60,443 nucleotides of DNA from Clostridia bacterium (GCA_045596485.1 JAZOCL010000089.1:1-60443); one strand, 5' to 3'. Counted from the first letter of the stretch, positions 25,787 to 35,165 are shown. A program made the numbers and translations. The notes: a model not told the origin generated them from the sequence alone.

Positions 25787-26635
25787 GTGCCAAAGAAAAA
25801 CCGATTTGATGCAAGAGTCTATAAGGAGCATATAAGGAAAAACAAGCTTACCTTTGCGGTGTATCTTTTGCTCCGCATTATTGTTATTGGAGCTATGGCT
25901 GTGTCATGCGTCAGAGGCAATTATGAAAATCTATTCTTTTGTGCTCTGGCATTGGTGTTGTTTTTGGTGCCTGCATTTCTTGAAAAGAATTTTGATATTG
26001 ACCTTCCTAACACTCTGGAAATTGTGATTTTACTGTTTATTTTTGCTTCACTCATTATGGGTGAAATGGGCAATTATTACACAAAGGTCCCCTTTTGGGA
26101 CACAGCTCTTCACACAGTGAACGGTTTTTTGTGTGCGGCGGTGGGGTTTGGACTGGTCGACATTCTCAACCGAAACGAGAAAATCAAGTTTCAGCTGTCT
26201 CCTGTGTTTTTAGCGCTGGTTGCTTTTTGCTTTTCTATGACAATCGGCGTGCTCTGGGAGTTTTATGAGTTTGGCTGCGATTATCTTTTTGGAACGGATA
26301 TGCAGAAGGATTCGGTGGTAAGCTCGGTGACCTCCACGTTTCTCAGCGGAAACACAAAGGAGCCGTCGGTGCTTGAGAATATTTCATCCCTTGTTGTTGA
26401 CGGCAGAGAGCTCGGAGTTGGAGGATACCTTGACATTGGGCTTTATGATACAATGAAGGATTTGCTTGTGAACTTTATCGGTGCTGCGGTGTTCAGCATA
26501 ATGGGCTTTGTGTATGTGAAATACCGTGGAAGAAGTAAAATTGCGAAATATTTTATTCCTCAGGTTGCCAAAACCGAAAAAGAAGGCTTAAATGAAGGAG
26601 AAAGTGATGAAAAATCAGAAGCTTCGGGAAATTAA
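25787..26635 (+). CDS. integral membrane protein, function unknown
   Basis: 282 aa with about 6 hydrophobic segments and an acidic C-terminal tail. GTG start after GGGGAGA. Confidence 0.55.
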   Translation: MPKKNRFDARVYKEHIRKNKLTFAVYLLLRIIVIGAMAVSCVRGNYENLFFCALALVLFLVPAFLEKNFDIDLPNTLEIVILLFIFASLIMGEMGNYYTKVPFWDTALHTVNGFLCAAVGFGLVDILNRNEKIKFQLSPVFLALVAFCFSMTIGVLWEFYEFGCDYLFGTDMQKDSVVSSVTSTFLSGNTKEPSVLENISSLVVDGRELGVGGYLDIGLYDTMKDLLVNFIGAAVFSIMGFVYVKYRGRSKIAKYFIPQVAKTEKEGLNEGESDEKSEASGN

Positions 26636-27140
26636 TCGAATTGCAGTTTCTGCGGCGATTATGGCGGTTTGCTCGTGGATTAGCATTCCTGCGCCAGTTC
26701 CCTTTACCCTTCAGACCTTTGGCGTGTTTTTGACGTCGGGACTTTTTGGCAGAAAAAAGGGAAGTCTTGCGGTGCTTGTTTACATTCTTTTGGGCGCAAT
26801 CGGAATTCCTGTCTTTTCGGGAGGAAGAGGCGGCCCCGGCGTGCTTTTTGGCGAGACCGGCGGATACATAATAGGATTTTTGGCTGCGGCGCTTCTGTGT
26901 GGCGGTATTTGCGAGAGGAAAGAAAAAAGCATACCCCGATTGATTGGGGCTATGCTCTCAGGGCTTGCGGTGTGCTATGCCTTGGGAGTTCTATGGGCTT
27001 ATTTTGTATATCTGCGTGCAGAGGGAGCAGGGCTTGTGCTTGCTTTGGTGAAGCACGTTGCGGTGTTTATAGTTCCCGATTTGGTGAAGATTCTTGCTGC
27101 GGCATTTGCCGTCAAGGCTCTTTGCAGACATATAAAATGA
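26607..27140 (+). CDS. bioY: biotin transporter BioY
   Basis: ATG at 26607 after GAAGGAGAAAG. PFTLQTFGVFL...GPTGGY-like (GETGGYIIGF) BioY pattern. Confidence 0.85.
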   Translation: MKNQKLREINRIAVSAAIMAVCSWISIPAPVPFTLQTFGVFLTSGLFGRKKGSLAVLVYILLGAIGIPVFSGGRGGPGVLFGETGGYIIGFLAAALLCGGICERKEKSIPRLIGAMLSGLAVCYALGVLWAYFVYLRAEGAGLVLALVKHVAVFIVPDLVKILAAAFAVKALCRHIK

Positions 27141-27173
27141 AAACGGTTTCTCGCAAATGAGAAACCGTTTTTG
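27140..27173. terminator. bidirectional intrinsic terminator
   Basis: AAACGGTTTCTC-gcaaat-GAGAAACCGTTT with flanking A/T runs, between convergent bioY and tatD. Confidence 0.8.
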
Positions 27174-27174
27174 C

Positions 27175-27945
27175 TTATTGGTTTATTCCAAAAAAATTCA
27201 TTCCGTTTTCACGGGTTATGCGGATTACGTCTTCGACGTGAAGTTCCTTGATTTCGGCAATTTTTTCTGCTACTCGGTATACCAGACTGCTGTCATTGCG
27301 CTGACCCCTGAAGGGCTCGGGAGCCATATATGGGCAGTCGGTTTCGATAAACATACGTTCAAGAGGGATGGCTCTGACCGCTTCGATTGCACGGCGTGCG
27401 TTTTTGAAGGTAAGAACTCCCGTGAAGGAAATGTAAAGACCCATTTTCACCAGCTCTCTTGCAGTTTCGGCGCTGCCCGAAAAGCAATGTACAACACCCT
27501 TTGAGATTTTTTTCTCTTTGAGAATGGCAATACATTCGCCCTTTGAGTCACGGTCGTGAATTACAACAGGCAGGTCAATCTCCTTTGCAAGGTCAAGCTG
27601 AGCCCTGAACCAGAATTTTTGAACGTCGGGGTCGGCATCGTCATAGTGGTAGTCAAGACCAATTTCGCCGATTGCAACAACCTTGGGATGCTTCGAAAGC
27701 TTGCGGAGCTCCTCGATATCTTGGTCGGTCATTGAAAGCACATCGCTGGGGTGAACCCCCACGGTGGCATATATGAAGTCATATTTTTCTGCCAGAGCAA
27801 TTGAGGCGTGTGATGACTCAATATCTGCCGCAATGTTGTTGACCAGACCTACATCTGAGTTTTTAATTTTTTCGATTATCTGCTCACGGTCGCCGTCAAA
27901 CATAGAGTCGTCAAGGTGTGCGTGGGTGTCGTATAAAAAATTCAT
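27175..27945 (-). CDS. tatD: TatD-family metal-dependent DNase/hydrolase
   Basis: DTHAHLD start motif, GEIGLDY, and VIHDRD/VVHCFSG motifs. Confidence 0.9.
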   Translation of the reverse strand: MNFLYDTHAHLDDSMFDGDREQIIEKIKNSDVGLVNNIAADIESSHASIALAEKYDFIYATVGVHPSDVLSMTDQDIEELRKLSKHPKVVAIGEIGLDYHYDDADPDVQKFWFRAQLDLAKEIDLPVVIHDRDSKGECIAILKEKKISKGVVHCFSGSAETARELVKMGLYISFTGVLTFKNARRAIEAVRAIPLERMFIETDCPYMAPEPFRGQRNDSSLVYRVAEKIAEIKELHVEDVIRITRENGMNFFGINQ

Positions 27946-27990
27946 TTTTTCTCCAAATTTCAGGGCAGCCCACAGGCTGCCCGATTTGTT

Positions 27991-29163
27991 TTATCTTATC
28001 TTTTTTACAAACGCTTCAATTCTCTCAAGGGCTTCGTTAATGTTCTCGAGAGAGTAGGCATAGGAGCATCTAACGTGTCCTTCGCCGCAGTCGCCAAAGG
28101 CGGTGCCGGGGATTACCGCAACCTTCATATCGCAGAGAAGCTTTTCGCAGAAGTCGTTTGATGAAAGACCTGTGGACTTGATTGAAGGGAAGGCATAAAA
28201 TGCGCCCTCGGGCTCAAAGCAGTCAAGCCCCATATTGTTGAAGCCGCTCACAATAATTTTTCGGCGGTCATTGTATTCCTCGCGCATAACCTCAATGTCG
28301 CTGTCGCCGTTGCGCAGGGCTTCGATTGCCGCATACTGGGCGGTGGTGGGAGCTGACATAATGGCATACTGGTGAACCTTTGTCATTTGAGCAATTATGT
28401 CAGGATGTCCGCAGGCGTAGCCAAGCCGCCAGCCTGTCATGGCGTAAGCCTTTGAGAAGCCGCTGACAACCATTGTGCGCTCATACATTCCGTCGATTTC
28501 GGCAATGGATACATGCTGACGTCCGTAGGTCAGCTCGGCATAAATTTCGTCGCTTAAAATCATAATATTATGCTGCCTGATTACATCCGCAATTTCCTCA
28601 AGGTCCTCACGGGTCATAATTCCGCCTGTGGGATTGTTGGGATAAGGCAGAACAAGCACCTTGGTTTTGTCGGTGATTGCGGCAGACAGCGCATCTGCCG
28701 TCAGCTTGAAGCTGTGCTCAGCGGTTGTGAGAACGGGCACTGGAGTTCCGCCGCACAGCTGTGTTATAGGCTTGTAGCAAACAAAGCTGGGTTCAGGAAT
28801 GAGAACCTCGTCACCGGGCTCGATTACCGAACGTAAAAATATGTCAATGGCTTCGCTGCCGCCCACGGTGACAATGGTTTGGGTCATTGCGTCATAGGTC
28901 AGGCTGAAGCGACGCTTCATATATTTTGAAATTTCACAGCACAGCTCGGAGAGACCGCGGTTTGGGGTATAGTGGGTATGTCCCTTTTCGAGAGAATAAA
29001 CACCTTCGTTCCTGATGTGCCAGGGAGTTACGAAGTCGGGCTCACCCACGCCCAAAGAGATTACGTCATCCATCTCGGCAGCAATGTCAAAGAACCTCCT
29101 GATTCCCGACGGGGGAATATTCTTTACCGTGTTGCTCAAGAAACAGTTCGAGTTAAATATCAT
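27991..29163 (-). CDS. PLP-dependent class I/II aminotransferase
   Basis: 390 aa with LGVGEPDF, NPTG and SGFSKAYAMTGWRLGY (PLP lysine) motifs. It overlaps the upstream AsnC-family gene. Confidence 0.9.
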   Translation of the reverse strand: MIFNSNCFLSNTVKNIPPSGIRRFFDIAAEMDDVISLGVGEPDFVTPWHIRNEGVYSLEKGHTHYTPNRGLSELCCEISKYMKRRFSLTYDAMTQTIVTVGGSEAIDIFLRSVIEPGDEVLIPEPSFVCYKPITQLCGGTPVPVLTTAEHSFKLTADALSAAITDKTKVLVLPYPNNPTGGIMTREDLEEIADVIRQHNIMILSDEIYAELTYGRQHVSIAEIDGMYERTMVVSGFSKAYAMTGWRLGYACGHPDIIAQMTKVHQYAIMSAPTTAQYAAIEALRNGDSDIEVMREEYNDRRKIIVSGFNNMGLDCFEPEGAFYAFPSIKSTGLSSNDFCEKLLCDMKVAVIPGTAFGDCGEGHVRCSYAYSLENINEALERIEAFVKKIR

Positions 29164-29660
29164 AAAGAGAGAACCTCCCTGTCATCATCGGTTTGTGTGT
29201 CAAAAATCACGCCGTCACTCTTGTATCTTTTGAGAACAAAGTGAGTTGAAGTGTCGAGAACAGACTCCATCGGTGCAAGACGTTCGGACACAAACATTGC
29301 AATTTCCTGAATGTTTGAAGCCTCAACGGTTATTCCAAAGTCGTAACGACCGCTCATAAGGTTGAGAGATTTAACCTCGGGATATTGATAAATGCGTTCT
29401 GCAAGGCGGTTGAAGCCTTTGTTGCGCTGGGGAGCAACCTGCATCTCAATGTATGCTGTAACGGTTTTGGTGCCCTGAATTTTGTCCCAGTTGATAACTG
29501 CACCGTAGCCTAAGATTGTACCGTTCGCCTCAAGGGCGTCAATGGCGGCGGCAGCCTCGGGAACTGTCATTTCTGCCATTGTGGCAATCTGTTCCAGTGA
29601 AAGTTTGCAGTTTTTGTGAAGAATTTCAACGAGTTTTTCTGCATTTTTGATTTCGTTCAT
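29160..29660 (-). CDS. Lrp/AsnC-family transcriptional regulator
   Basis: HTH_AsnC N-terminus and RAM domain. ATG at 29660 after GGAGG is preferred over 29675. Confidence 0.85.
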   Translation of the reverse strand: MNEIKNAEKLVEILHKNCKLSLEQIATMAEMTVPEAAAAIDALEANGTILGYGAVINWDKIQGTKTVTAYIEMQVAPQRNKGFNRLAERIYQYPEVKSLNLMSGRYDFGITVEASNIQEIAMFVSERLAPMESVLDTSTHFVLKRYKSDGVIFDTQTDDDREVLSL

Positions 29661-29899
29661 AGCATTAGCCTCCATAGTTTTGCGGAAATTATTTCCGCAG
29701 TTTTTGTTCTTGAAACTCTAGTATATCATTTTTTTTGGATATAGTCAACAAATGTGAAAAAAATACATTGAATAAATAATCAACACCGCAGGGAATGACA
29801 AAAACCCCTTGATTTTTTCGGTGAAATAAGGTAAAATTAAATAGATTGTAACAAAATTTTTACAATTGCTTTAAACCACGTTAAAAAACTTGTGATAGA

Positions 29900-31465
29900 A
29901 TGAGAAAATTGATAAGGAGAGGTGGTTTTTTGAGTTTCAAAAATGAGACCGAAGGACGGATAGGTACCTTTGGTTCAGAAAAGAAATCGGAAATTAAAAA
30001 AACAGCAAAATCGACATTTTTGAGATTTTGTGAAAATATTGGTGAAATGATTCTCACAATTGGAAAAAAGAGACCTTCTGTAGCTCATAAAAAAGAAAGC
30101 GGCTACAAGGGCAGCGTCAGAAAAATGTGGCGGGAGTTCAGGGGTCAGATTGTCAGCGGCTTTGTGTCGGCGATGGTTGTGATTGCTCTTTGCGGAGCGG
30201 TGAACCTTTTGGACTGGAGCCTTGGTTATGAGGTTATTGTTGACGGTGAAAACATCGGTATGGTTACCGACCGCAGCCTGGTTTATGACGCAATTGCTGA
30301 GGTTCGCGATGAGGTGAAGCTGTATCTGGGAGATGAGGCAAAATACGAAAAGGAGCCTGTTTTTGTCCGCAGAGTTGTGGCAGAAAGAGAGCTTTTGGAT
30401 TTGGACGGAATAAAGACTGCGCTTTTGTCCAATGTTGACACTATGGTTGAAGGGTATGTTATCTATGTTGACGGCGAGGCGGTTCTCGGTGTTTCAAGCG
30501 AGGAGGCTGCCGATTGGGTGCTGGCTCATTACAAGCAGAGATTTGCAGGCGAGAAAATCTCGGAGGATATGTCGGTTGATTTTTGTGAGCCTGTTGCAGT
30601 AAAAAGGGAGTTTTTGCATATTGCTCTTCTTGAGACGCCCGAAGATGCTATTGAGGTTCTGGCAGGCAACAAAAGCGAGCTTGGAACCTATACGGTGGAA
30701 AAAGACGATACCCTTTGGGATATTGCAGACAAATTCGGTACAACAGTTGAGCATATTCTTGCGCTCAACGAGGCAATTTCGGAAAACATCCGTGAGGGTA
30801 TGGAGCTGAAGGTTGAAAAGCCTGTTCCGCTGCTTTCGGTATGTACCGTTCAGACAGTTTCGTTGACCGAAGCTGTTCCCTATGAGACCGAGGAGATTGA
30901 TGACGGCTCGATTTATGAAGGCAGAACCGTTGTTGCAAGGGAAGGTCAGGATGGGTCGGCAAAGGTTCTGGCACGTGTCACAAAGGTGAATGGTGTCGAG
31001 ACAAAAAAGGATGTTCTCGAAAGCGAGACTCTCGCTGAGCCTGTGAGCCGTATTGTTAAGGTGGGAACAAAGGAAAGACCGCCCACAACGGGCTCGGGAA
31101 CCTTTATAAAGCCCACCTACGGAACACTTTCGTCACGTTACGGTGCGCGTTGGAACAGAAAGCACAACGGCATTGATATTGCAGGAAGCTATAACAGCGA
31201 CATAAAGGCGGCTGACGGCGGAATTGTCACATATGCCGATTGGATGTCGGGGTATGGAAATTATATTATAATAGACCACGAAAATGGTTATACAACCGCC
31301 TACGGACACTGTGCATCGCTTACAGTCAGCGTGGGTGACCGTGTTGCAAAAGGTGACGTTATTGCAAAAATGGGCAACACAGGAAGAAGCACGGGAACAC
31401 ATCTTCATTTTGAGGTGAAGAAAAACGGAGCTTTTGTGAACCCCTTGGAATATGTAGGCTATTAG
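29900..31465 (+). CDS. secreted peptidoglycan hydrolase with LysM, G5 and M23 peptidase domains (start uncertain; TTG 29930 possible)
   Basis: LysM (YTVEKDDTLWDIADKFG), G5-like (VAREGQDGSAKV...VKVGTKE), and M23 (HNGIDIAG...GHCAS...GNTGRSTGTHLHFEV). Confidence 0.85.
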   Translation: MRKLIRRGGFLSFKNETEGRIGTFGSEKKSEIKKTAKSTFLRFCENIGEMILTIGKKRPSVAHKKESGYKGSVRKMWREFRGQIVSGFVSAMVVIALCGAVNLLDWSLGYEVIVDGENIGMVTDRSLVYDAIAEVRDEVKLYLGDEAKYEKEPVFVRRVVAERELLDLDGIKTALLSNVDTMVEGYVIYVDGEAVLGVSSEEAADWVLAHYKQRFAGEKISEDMSVDFCEPVAVKREFLHIALLETPEDAIEVLAGNKSELGTYTVEKDDTLWDIADKFGTTVEHILALNEAISENIREGMELKVEKPVPLLSVCTVQTVSLTEAVPYETEEIDDGSIYEGRTVVAREGQDGSAKVLARVTKVNGVETKKDVLESETLAEPVSRIVKVGTKERPPTTGSGTFIKPTYGTLSSRYGARWNRKHNGIDIAGSYNSDIKAADGGIVTYADWMSGYGNYIIIDHENGYTTAYGHCASLTVSVGDRVAKGDVIAKMGNTGRSTGTHLHFEVKKNGAFVNPLEYVGY

Positions 31466-31535
31466 CTTTTGCAAGGCTTTTACCTTAAATACATCGGAGA
31501 GAAAATTTATTGCCACCATACAGGAGGTGCGAAAA

Positions 31536-32231
31536 ATGGATAAAAAAATACTTGTTGTTGACGATGAAAGACCAATTGTAGAAATACTTAAAATTAATCT
31601 TCAGAAGGAAGGCTACACTGTTTTTGAGGCTTTTGACGGCGAGGATGCTGTGAACAAGGCTATGTCGGTTGAGCCCAATCTGATTTTGCTTGATGTTATG
31701 CTGCCAAAGCTGGACGGATTTTCGGTGCTGAAAAAAATCCGCGAAAAGTCTTCGGTTCCCATTCTTATGCTGACAGCACGTGAAGAAGAATTTGACAAGG
31801 TTCTGGGTCTTGAGTTGGGGGCTGACGACTATATAACAAAGCCCTTCAGCATTCGTGAGCTGATGGCGCGTGTTAAGGCGCATATGAGAAGAACCGAAAC
31901 AGACTTCAGTGATCGTCAGGAAAAGGCGGAGGATCGTCTTGAGATCGGCTGCTTTGTTCTTGATTTTAACAGATATGAGCTTTATAAAAACGGAAAGCTT
32001 CTTGAAATCACCATCAGGGAGTTTGATTTGGTGAAATTCCTGGCAAGCCAGCCCAATAAGGTTTTTTCACGGCAGAGCCTTTTGGAATGTGTCTGGGGAT
32101 ATGAATACTGCGGCGACGACCGCACTGTTGATGTTACGGTGAGACGTCTTCGCGAAAAGGTGGAGGATGACCCCTCAGAGCCTCGCTACATAATGACAAA
32201 GCGCGGTGTGGGTTATTATTTTCAGCCCTGA
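31536..32231 (+). CDS. OmpR/WalR-family response regulator (no adjacent kinase)
   Basis: ATG at 31536 after AGGAGG. Receiver domain (VVDDE...LLDVMLPKLDG...MLTA) and winged-helix output (TVDVTVRRLREK...RGVGY). Confidence 0.9.
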   Translation: MDKKILVVDDERPIVEILKINLQKEGYTVFEAFDGEDAVNKAMSVEPNLILLDVMLPKLDGFSVLKKIREKSSVPILMLTAREEEFDKVLGLELGADDYITKPFSIRELMARVKAHMRRTETDFSDRQEKAEDRLEIGCFVLDFNRYELYKNGKLLEITIREFDLVKFLASQPNKVFSRQSLLECVWGYEYCGDDRTVDVTVRRLREKVEDDPSEPRYIMTKRGVGYYFQP

Positions 32232-32713
32232 TGCTTGGTGTGACTGTTGTTGCTGTGGGCAAAATCAAGGAAAAGTTTTTTACTTCTGCCATTGACGAAT
32301 ATGCCAAAAGGCTTTCGGCGTACTGCAGATTTGAGGTGGTTGAGGTGAAGGACGAAAAAACACCCGAAAACCCCTCAGAAAACGAGAAGAATGTTGTTCT
32401 TGAGCGTGAGGCAGAGCGGATACTTCAAAAAATCCCAAAGGGTGCAAAAATTGTATCTCTCTGTGTAGAGGGAAAGCAAATGACCTCTGAGAGCTTTGCA
32501 GAATTGATTTCACGCTGCTCGGTTGAGGGCGTGAGCAGGATTGTTTTTATTATAGGTGGTTCGATGGGACTTTCGGAAAAGGTGAAAAGTTTGTCAGACC
32601 TGAGACTTAGTTTTTCGGAGATGACCTTTCCTCATATGCTGATGCGTGTGATTTTGGCAGAACAGATTTACAGAGGCTTCACCATTATAAAGGGAAAAAC
32701 CTACCATAAATAA
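32231..32713 (+). CDS. rlmH: 23S rRNA (pseudouridine1915-N3)-methyltransferase RlmH
   Basis: 160-aa SPOUT protein with the VGKIKE...EYAKRL...FIIGGSMGL...LSFSEMTFPHMLMRVILAEQIYR pattern. Confidence 0.9.
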   Translation: MLGVTVVAVGKIKEKFFTSAIDEYAKRLSAYCRFEVVEVKDEKTPENPSENEKNVVLEREAERILQKIPKGAKIVSLCVEGKQMTSESFAELISRCSVEGVSRIVFIIGGSMGLSEKVKSLSDLRLSFSEMTFPHMLMRVILAEQIYRGFTIIKGKTYHK

Positions 32714-32744
32714 AAAAGACCGCCGTATTTTCGGTGGTCTTTTG
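32712..32744. terminator. bidirectional intrinsic terminator
   Basis: AGACCGCCG-tatttt-CGGTGGTCT flanked by A6 and TTT, between convergent genes. Confidence 0.7.
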
Positions 32745-32752
32745 ATATTAAT

Positions 32753-33835
32753 TTATTTCAAAATGTAAACCTTCATCTGACGTCGTCCGAACTGGATTGC
32801 TTCGGCTCTTGTGTTGTAACAAAGGTCAATACGGTTGCCCTTGATTGCGCCGCCTGTGTCGGCTGCAATGGCTGTTCCGTAAACGTATGAACCGTCGGCA
32901 CTTTCGATGTAGAGCTTGGTTCCCAAAGGAATAATGCTTGGGTCAACGGCAACGATTCCATAGCCTGCACGTCTGCCTGTGGCTGTGATGCCGTATGCAG
33001 GGTGCGAAGGAGCTTTTCCGCAGCTTGACGCATCATAGGCTGTCGCATTTGCGGTGATTACCTTGCTGTATGCAAGGCTGCCGCTACGTGATGTCTGAAC
33101 CGTTCCTGCCGATGCAATTTTGTAGCTGTCAATGGTCTTTCTGGGACCAACCTCGGTAATCTGAGCGATTGCTTCGGTTATAACCTCTTCGACCATGGTC
33201 TCTCGTGAAACCTCAACGCCGTCTTCAAAGTGGATTTTGTAAGAAACGATCTTTTCACCGGGAGCACCCTTCTGAATAACCTTGCGTCTGCCTGTGGCAA
33301 GAGCCTTGTTCTCACGCTCGGTGCTTTCGTAAGGGATTTCTTCAGTAACCTTGATAACCTTTTCGGCTGTGCGGATGAGAGTTATCTCATCAAACTCCGA
33401 AACCTTTGCGGTGTATGCGGGAGTTGTTTTGTCGGTTTTCTTGGCGTTGTAGCCAAGCTCGGTTAAGATTTCACCAACCGTACGGCGTGTTGCAATGTGG
33501 TCGGTGGTGATTCCCTTTTCGGTAACACTAACGTGAAAAGCTCTGTATATTTCAATTTTCATGTTGTCCTTGAGCTTGTCATCCTTGGCAATGCTGAGCT
33601 TGTCGTTGCTGCCGAGAGTGATGCCCTGAGCATCAAGAACTTCTTCAACATATCGATTAAAAGTAATAACTTGTTTCGCGGAACCGTCTCCGTCAACAAT
33701 GGTTATCTGCTTGCAGCAGACTGAAACCGTGCATACCATAACCAATGCAATGGCTGTGAAAATTGTTGACAACAGGATGTTCCGTTTGGCTGATGAGGAT
33801 ATGTTAAGCATTCTATCCTTCAGTCCATTCAGCAT
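32753..33835 (-). CDS. DUF348-G5-3D domain cell-wall protein (YabE/RpfB-like architecture)
   Basis: ATG at 33835 after AGAGGTGA lies downstream of the mapped promoter, whereas the ORF-track start at 33922 lies within it. TM anchor, G5 (VIQKGAPGEKIV...) and a C-terminal 3D domain (GIVAVDPSIIPLGTKLYIE...AADTGGAIKGNRIDL). Confidence 0.8.
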   Translation of the reverse strand: MLNGLKDRMLNISSSAKRNILLSTIFTAIALVMVCTVSVCCKQITIVDGDGSAKQVITFNRYVEEVLDAQGITLGSNDKLSIAKDDKLKDNMKIEIYRAFHVSVTEKGITTDHIATRRTVGEILTELGYNAKKTDKTTPAYTAKVSEFDEITLIRTAEKVIKVTEEIPYESTERENKALATGRRKVIQKGAPGEKIVSYKIHFEDGVEVSRETMVEEVITEAIAQITEVGPRKTIDSYKIASAGTVQTSRSGSLAYSKVITANATAYDASSCGKAPSHPAYGITATGRRAGYGIVAVDPSIIPLGTKLYIESADGSYVYGTAIAADTGGAIKGNRIDLCYNTRAEAIQFGRRQMKVYILK

Positions 33836-33892
33836 CCAATCACCTCTGATTAAATTAAATTTTGTGACCCCTTTGGGGGTCGAACAGTCCCT

Positions 33893-33922
33893 ATTATACC
33901 CGAATTTTCTTCCAAAAGTCAA
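33893..33922 (-). promoter_or_regulatory. sigma-70 promoter of the DUF348-G5-3D gene
   Basis: On the minus strand: TTGACT (33922-33917), 18 nt, TATAAT (33898-33893). A short leader carries the hairpin CGACCCCCAAAGGGGTCA. Confidence 0.6.
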
Positions 33923-34121
33923 ACTGGATTATTCGGAATTAGCCCAATTTAAACCTTTTAATTTTGAAAAACGGGACCTCAAAAGGTGGCAAGGTTTAAA
34001 ATACGCCCGTTTTCTCCTGTTTCCTCTCGTTTTCTCCGAATTTATAGGGAGTTTGGAAAATTATGGGTAAAGAGGAAAGGTATGCAAGAAGAGGTAAGTA
34101 TTGGTTAAAAATTTTATTAGC

Positions 34122-34162
34122 AATGAAGTATCGGGAAAGTTTTTCCCTAAGATACCTTCATT
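34122..34162. repeat. miniature copy of the 9125-9221 palindromic element (closing stem only, inner hairpins absent)
   Basis: AATGAAGTATCGGGA-aagttttt-CCCTAAGATACCTTCATT is the reverse complement of the two arms at 9125-9143 and 9207-9221, without the 9143-9206 insert. Confidence 0.75.
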
Positions 34163-34167
34163 ATAAT

Positions 34168-34342
34168 CAATGTCGTAGAAAACGGCGATACGCCGTTTTT
34201 TGCAGAATTTATTCTGCGACTTTCAAGCTTCGGCTTGAAAGCTACGCTTGATTGCAATAAAGTCGGCTTGTGAAAACATAGTTTTCACAAAGGTTTGCTA
34301 AATTTAGCAAACTGAAATATTAAAATATTTCACCGACAATTA
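34168..34342 (+). repeat. multi-hairpin repeat, copy 3 (outside the phage-like cluster)
   Basis: Domain II is identical to copy 2 except for one linker base. Domain I differs by paired, stem-preserving substitutions in H2, H3 and the closing stem. It is flanked by a perfect 7-bp direct repeat TTATAAT (34161-34167 and 34343-34349). Confidence 0.88.
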
Positions 34343-34400
34343 TTATAATCTAAAACAAATAAAAATATACACGAAAAATATCACCCAAAGGAAAAAACTT

Positions 34401-35165
34401 ATGAGAGATGTGAAAATTTATACCTATGAACGGATTGACGACCTTCAGACAAAAAGCAATTTGCGACTGATTCAGAATCCCGATTGGTTCTGCTTTGGTG
34501 TTGACGCTGTGCTTCTTGCGGATTTTGCGGCAAAAACTGTCAAGCTACGTGCAAAGGTTCTGGATTTGTGCACAGGAAACGGCATTGTGCCGCTGCTTCT
34601 TACTGAAAAGTCGGCGGCAGAGAATATAACAGGGCTTGAAATTCAGGAATGTGTTGCCGAAATGGCGGGTCGCAGCGTTTTGCTTAATAATATAGAAGAA
34701 AAAGTTCAGATAAAGACGGGAGACCTGAAAAATGCCGTTGAAATCTTTGGTGCAGAAAGCTTTGACAACATAACCTGTAATCCCCCTTATAAGGAAGGTC
34801 ACGGCGGTCTTAAAAACGCCACAGATGTGGTGACTGTTGCACGGCACGAGATTTTTTGTACCCTTGAGGATATAATCTCGGTAGGCGCAAAATGTCTGAA
34901 GCCTTACGGAAAGCTGTGTATGATTCACAGACCCGAGCGTCTGGCGGATATTATCTGTCTTATGAGGCAGTACAGGCTTGAGCCCAAGCGACTGCGGTTT
35001 GTGCATCCGTCACCGTCCAAAACCGCAAATATGATTTTGATTGAAGGGGCAAAGTACGGAAATCCCAAGCTGTTTTTGGAGCCGCCCCTTTATGTATATA
35101 ATAATGGAGGAAGATATTCTGACGATATAAACGAGATTTACGGAAGGGAGGCGAGTCCCCGATGA
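34401..35165 (+). CDS. SAM-dependent N6-adenine methyltransferase (tRNA1(Val) m6A37 TrmN6/YfiC-like)
   Basis: SAM-binding VLDLCTGNG and the catalytic NPPY motif (ITCNPPYK). Confidence 0.8.
   Translation: MRDVKIYTYERIDDLQTKSNLRLIQNPDWFCFGVDAVLLADFAAKTVKLRAKVLDLCTGNGIVPLLLTEKSAAENITGLEIQECVAEMAGRSVLLNNIEEKVQIKTGDLKNAVEIFGAESFDNITCNPPYKEGHGGLKNATDVVTVARHEIFCTLEDIISVGAKCLKPYGKLCMIHRPERLADIICLMRQYRLEPKRLRFVHPSPSKTANMILIEGAKYGNPKLFLEPPLYVYNNGGRYSDDINEIYGREASPR

Noticed and set aside
29684-29706. The hairpin TGCGGAAATTATTTCCGCA upstream of the AsnC-family gene as another copy of repeat hairpin H2.
   Set aside because: Only the 7-bp stem resembles H2 (GCGGAAT/ATTCCGC). None of the neighbouring repeat hairpins or the closing stems are present. 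It is most simply an unrelated 5'-leader hairpin.
33836-34121. A c-di-AMP (ydaO-type) riboswitch upstream of the 3D-domain cell-wall gene.
   Set aside because: A good promoter at 33893-33922 leaves only a leader of about 55 nt with one simple hairpin. I could not find the conserved ydaO elements (the paired ACGGGGA/CCCA-type segments) in the upstream sequence.
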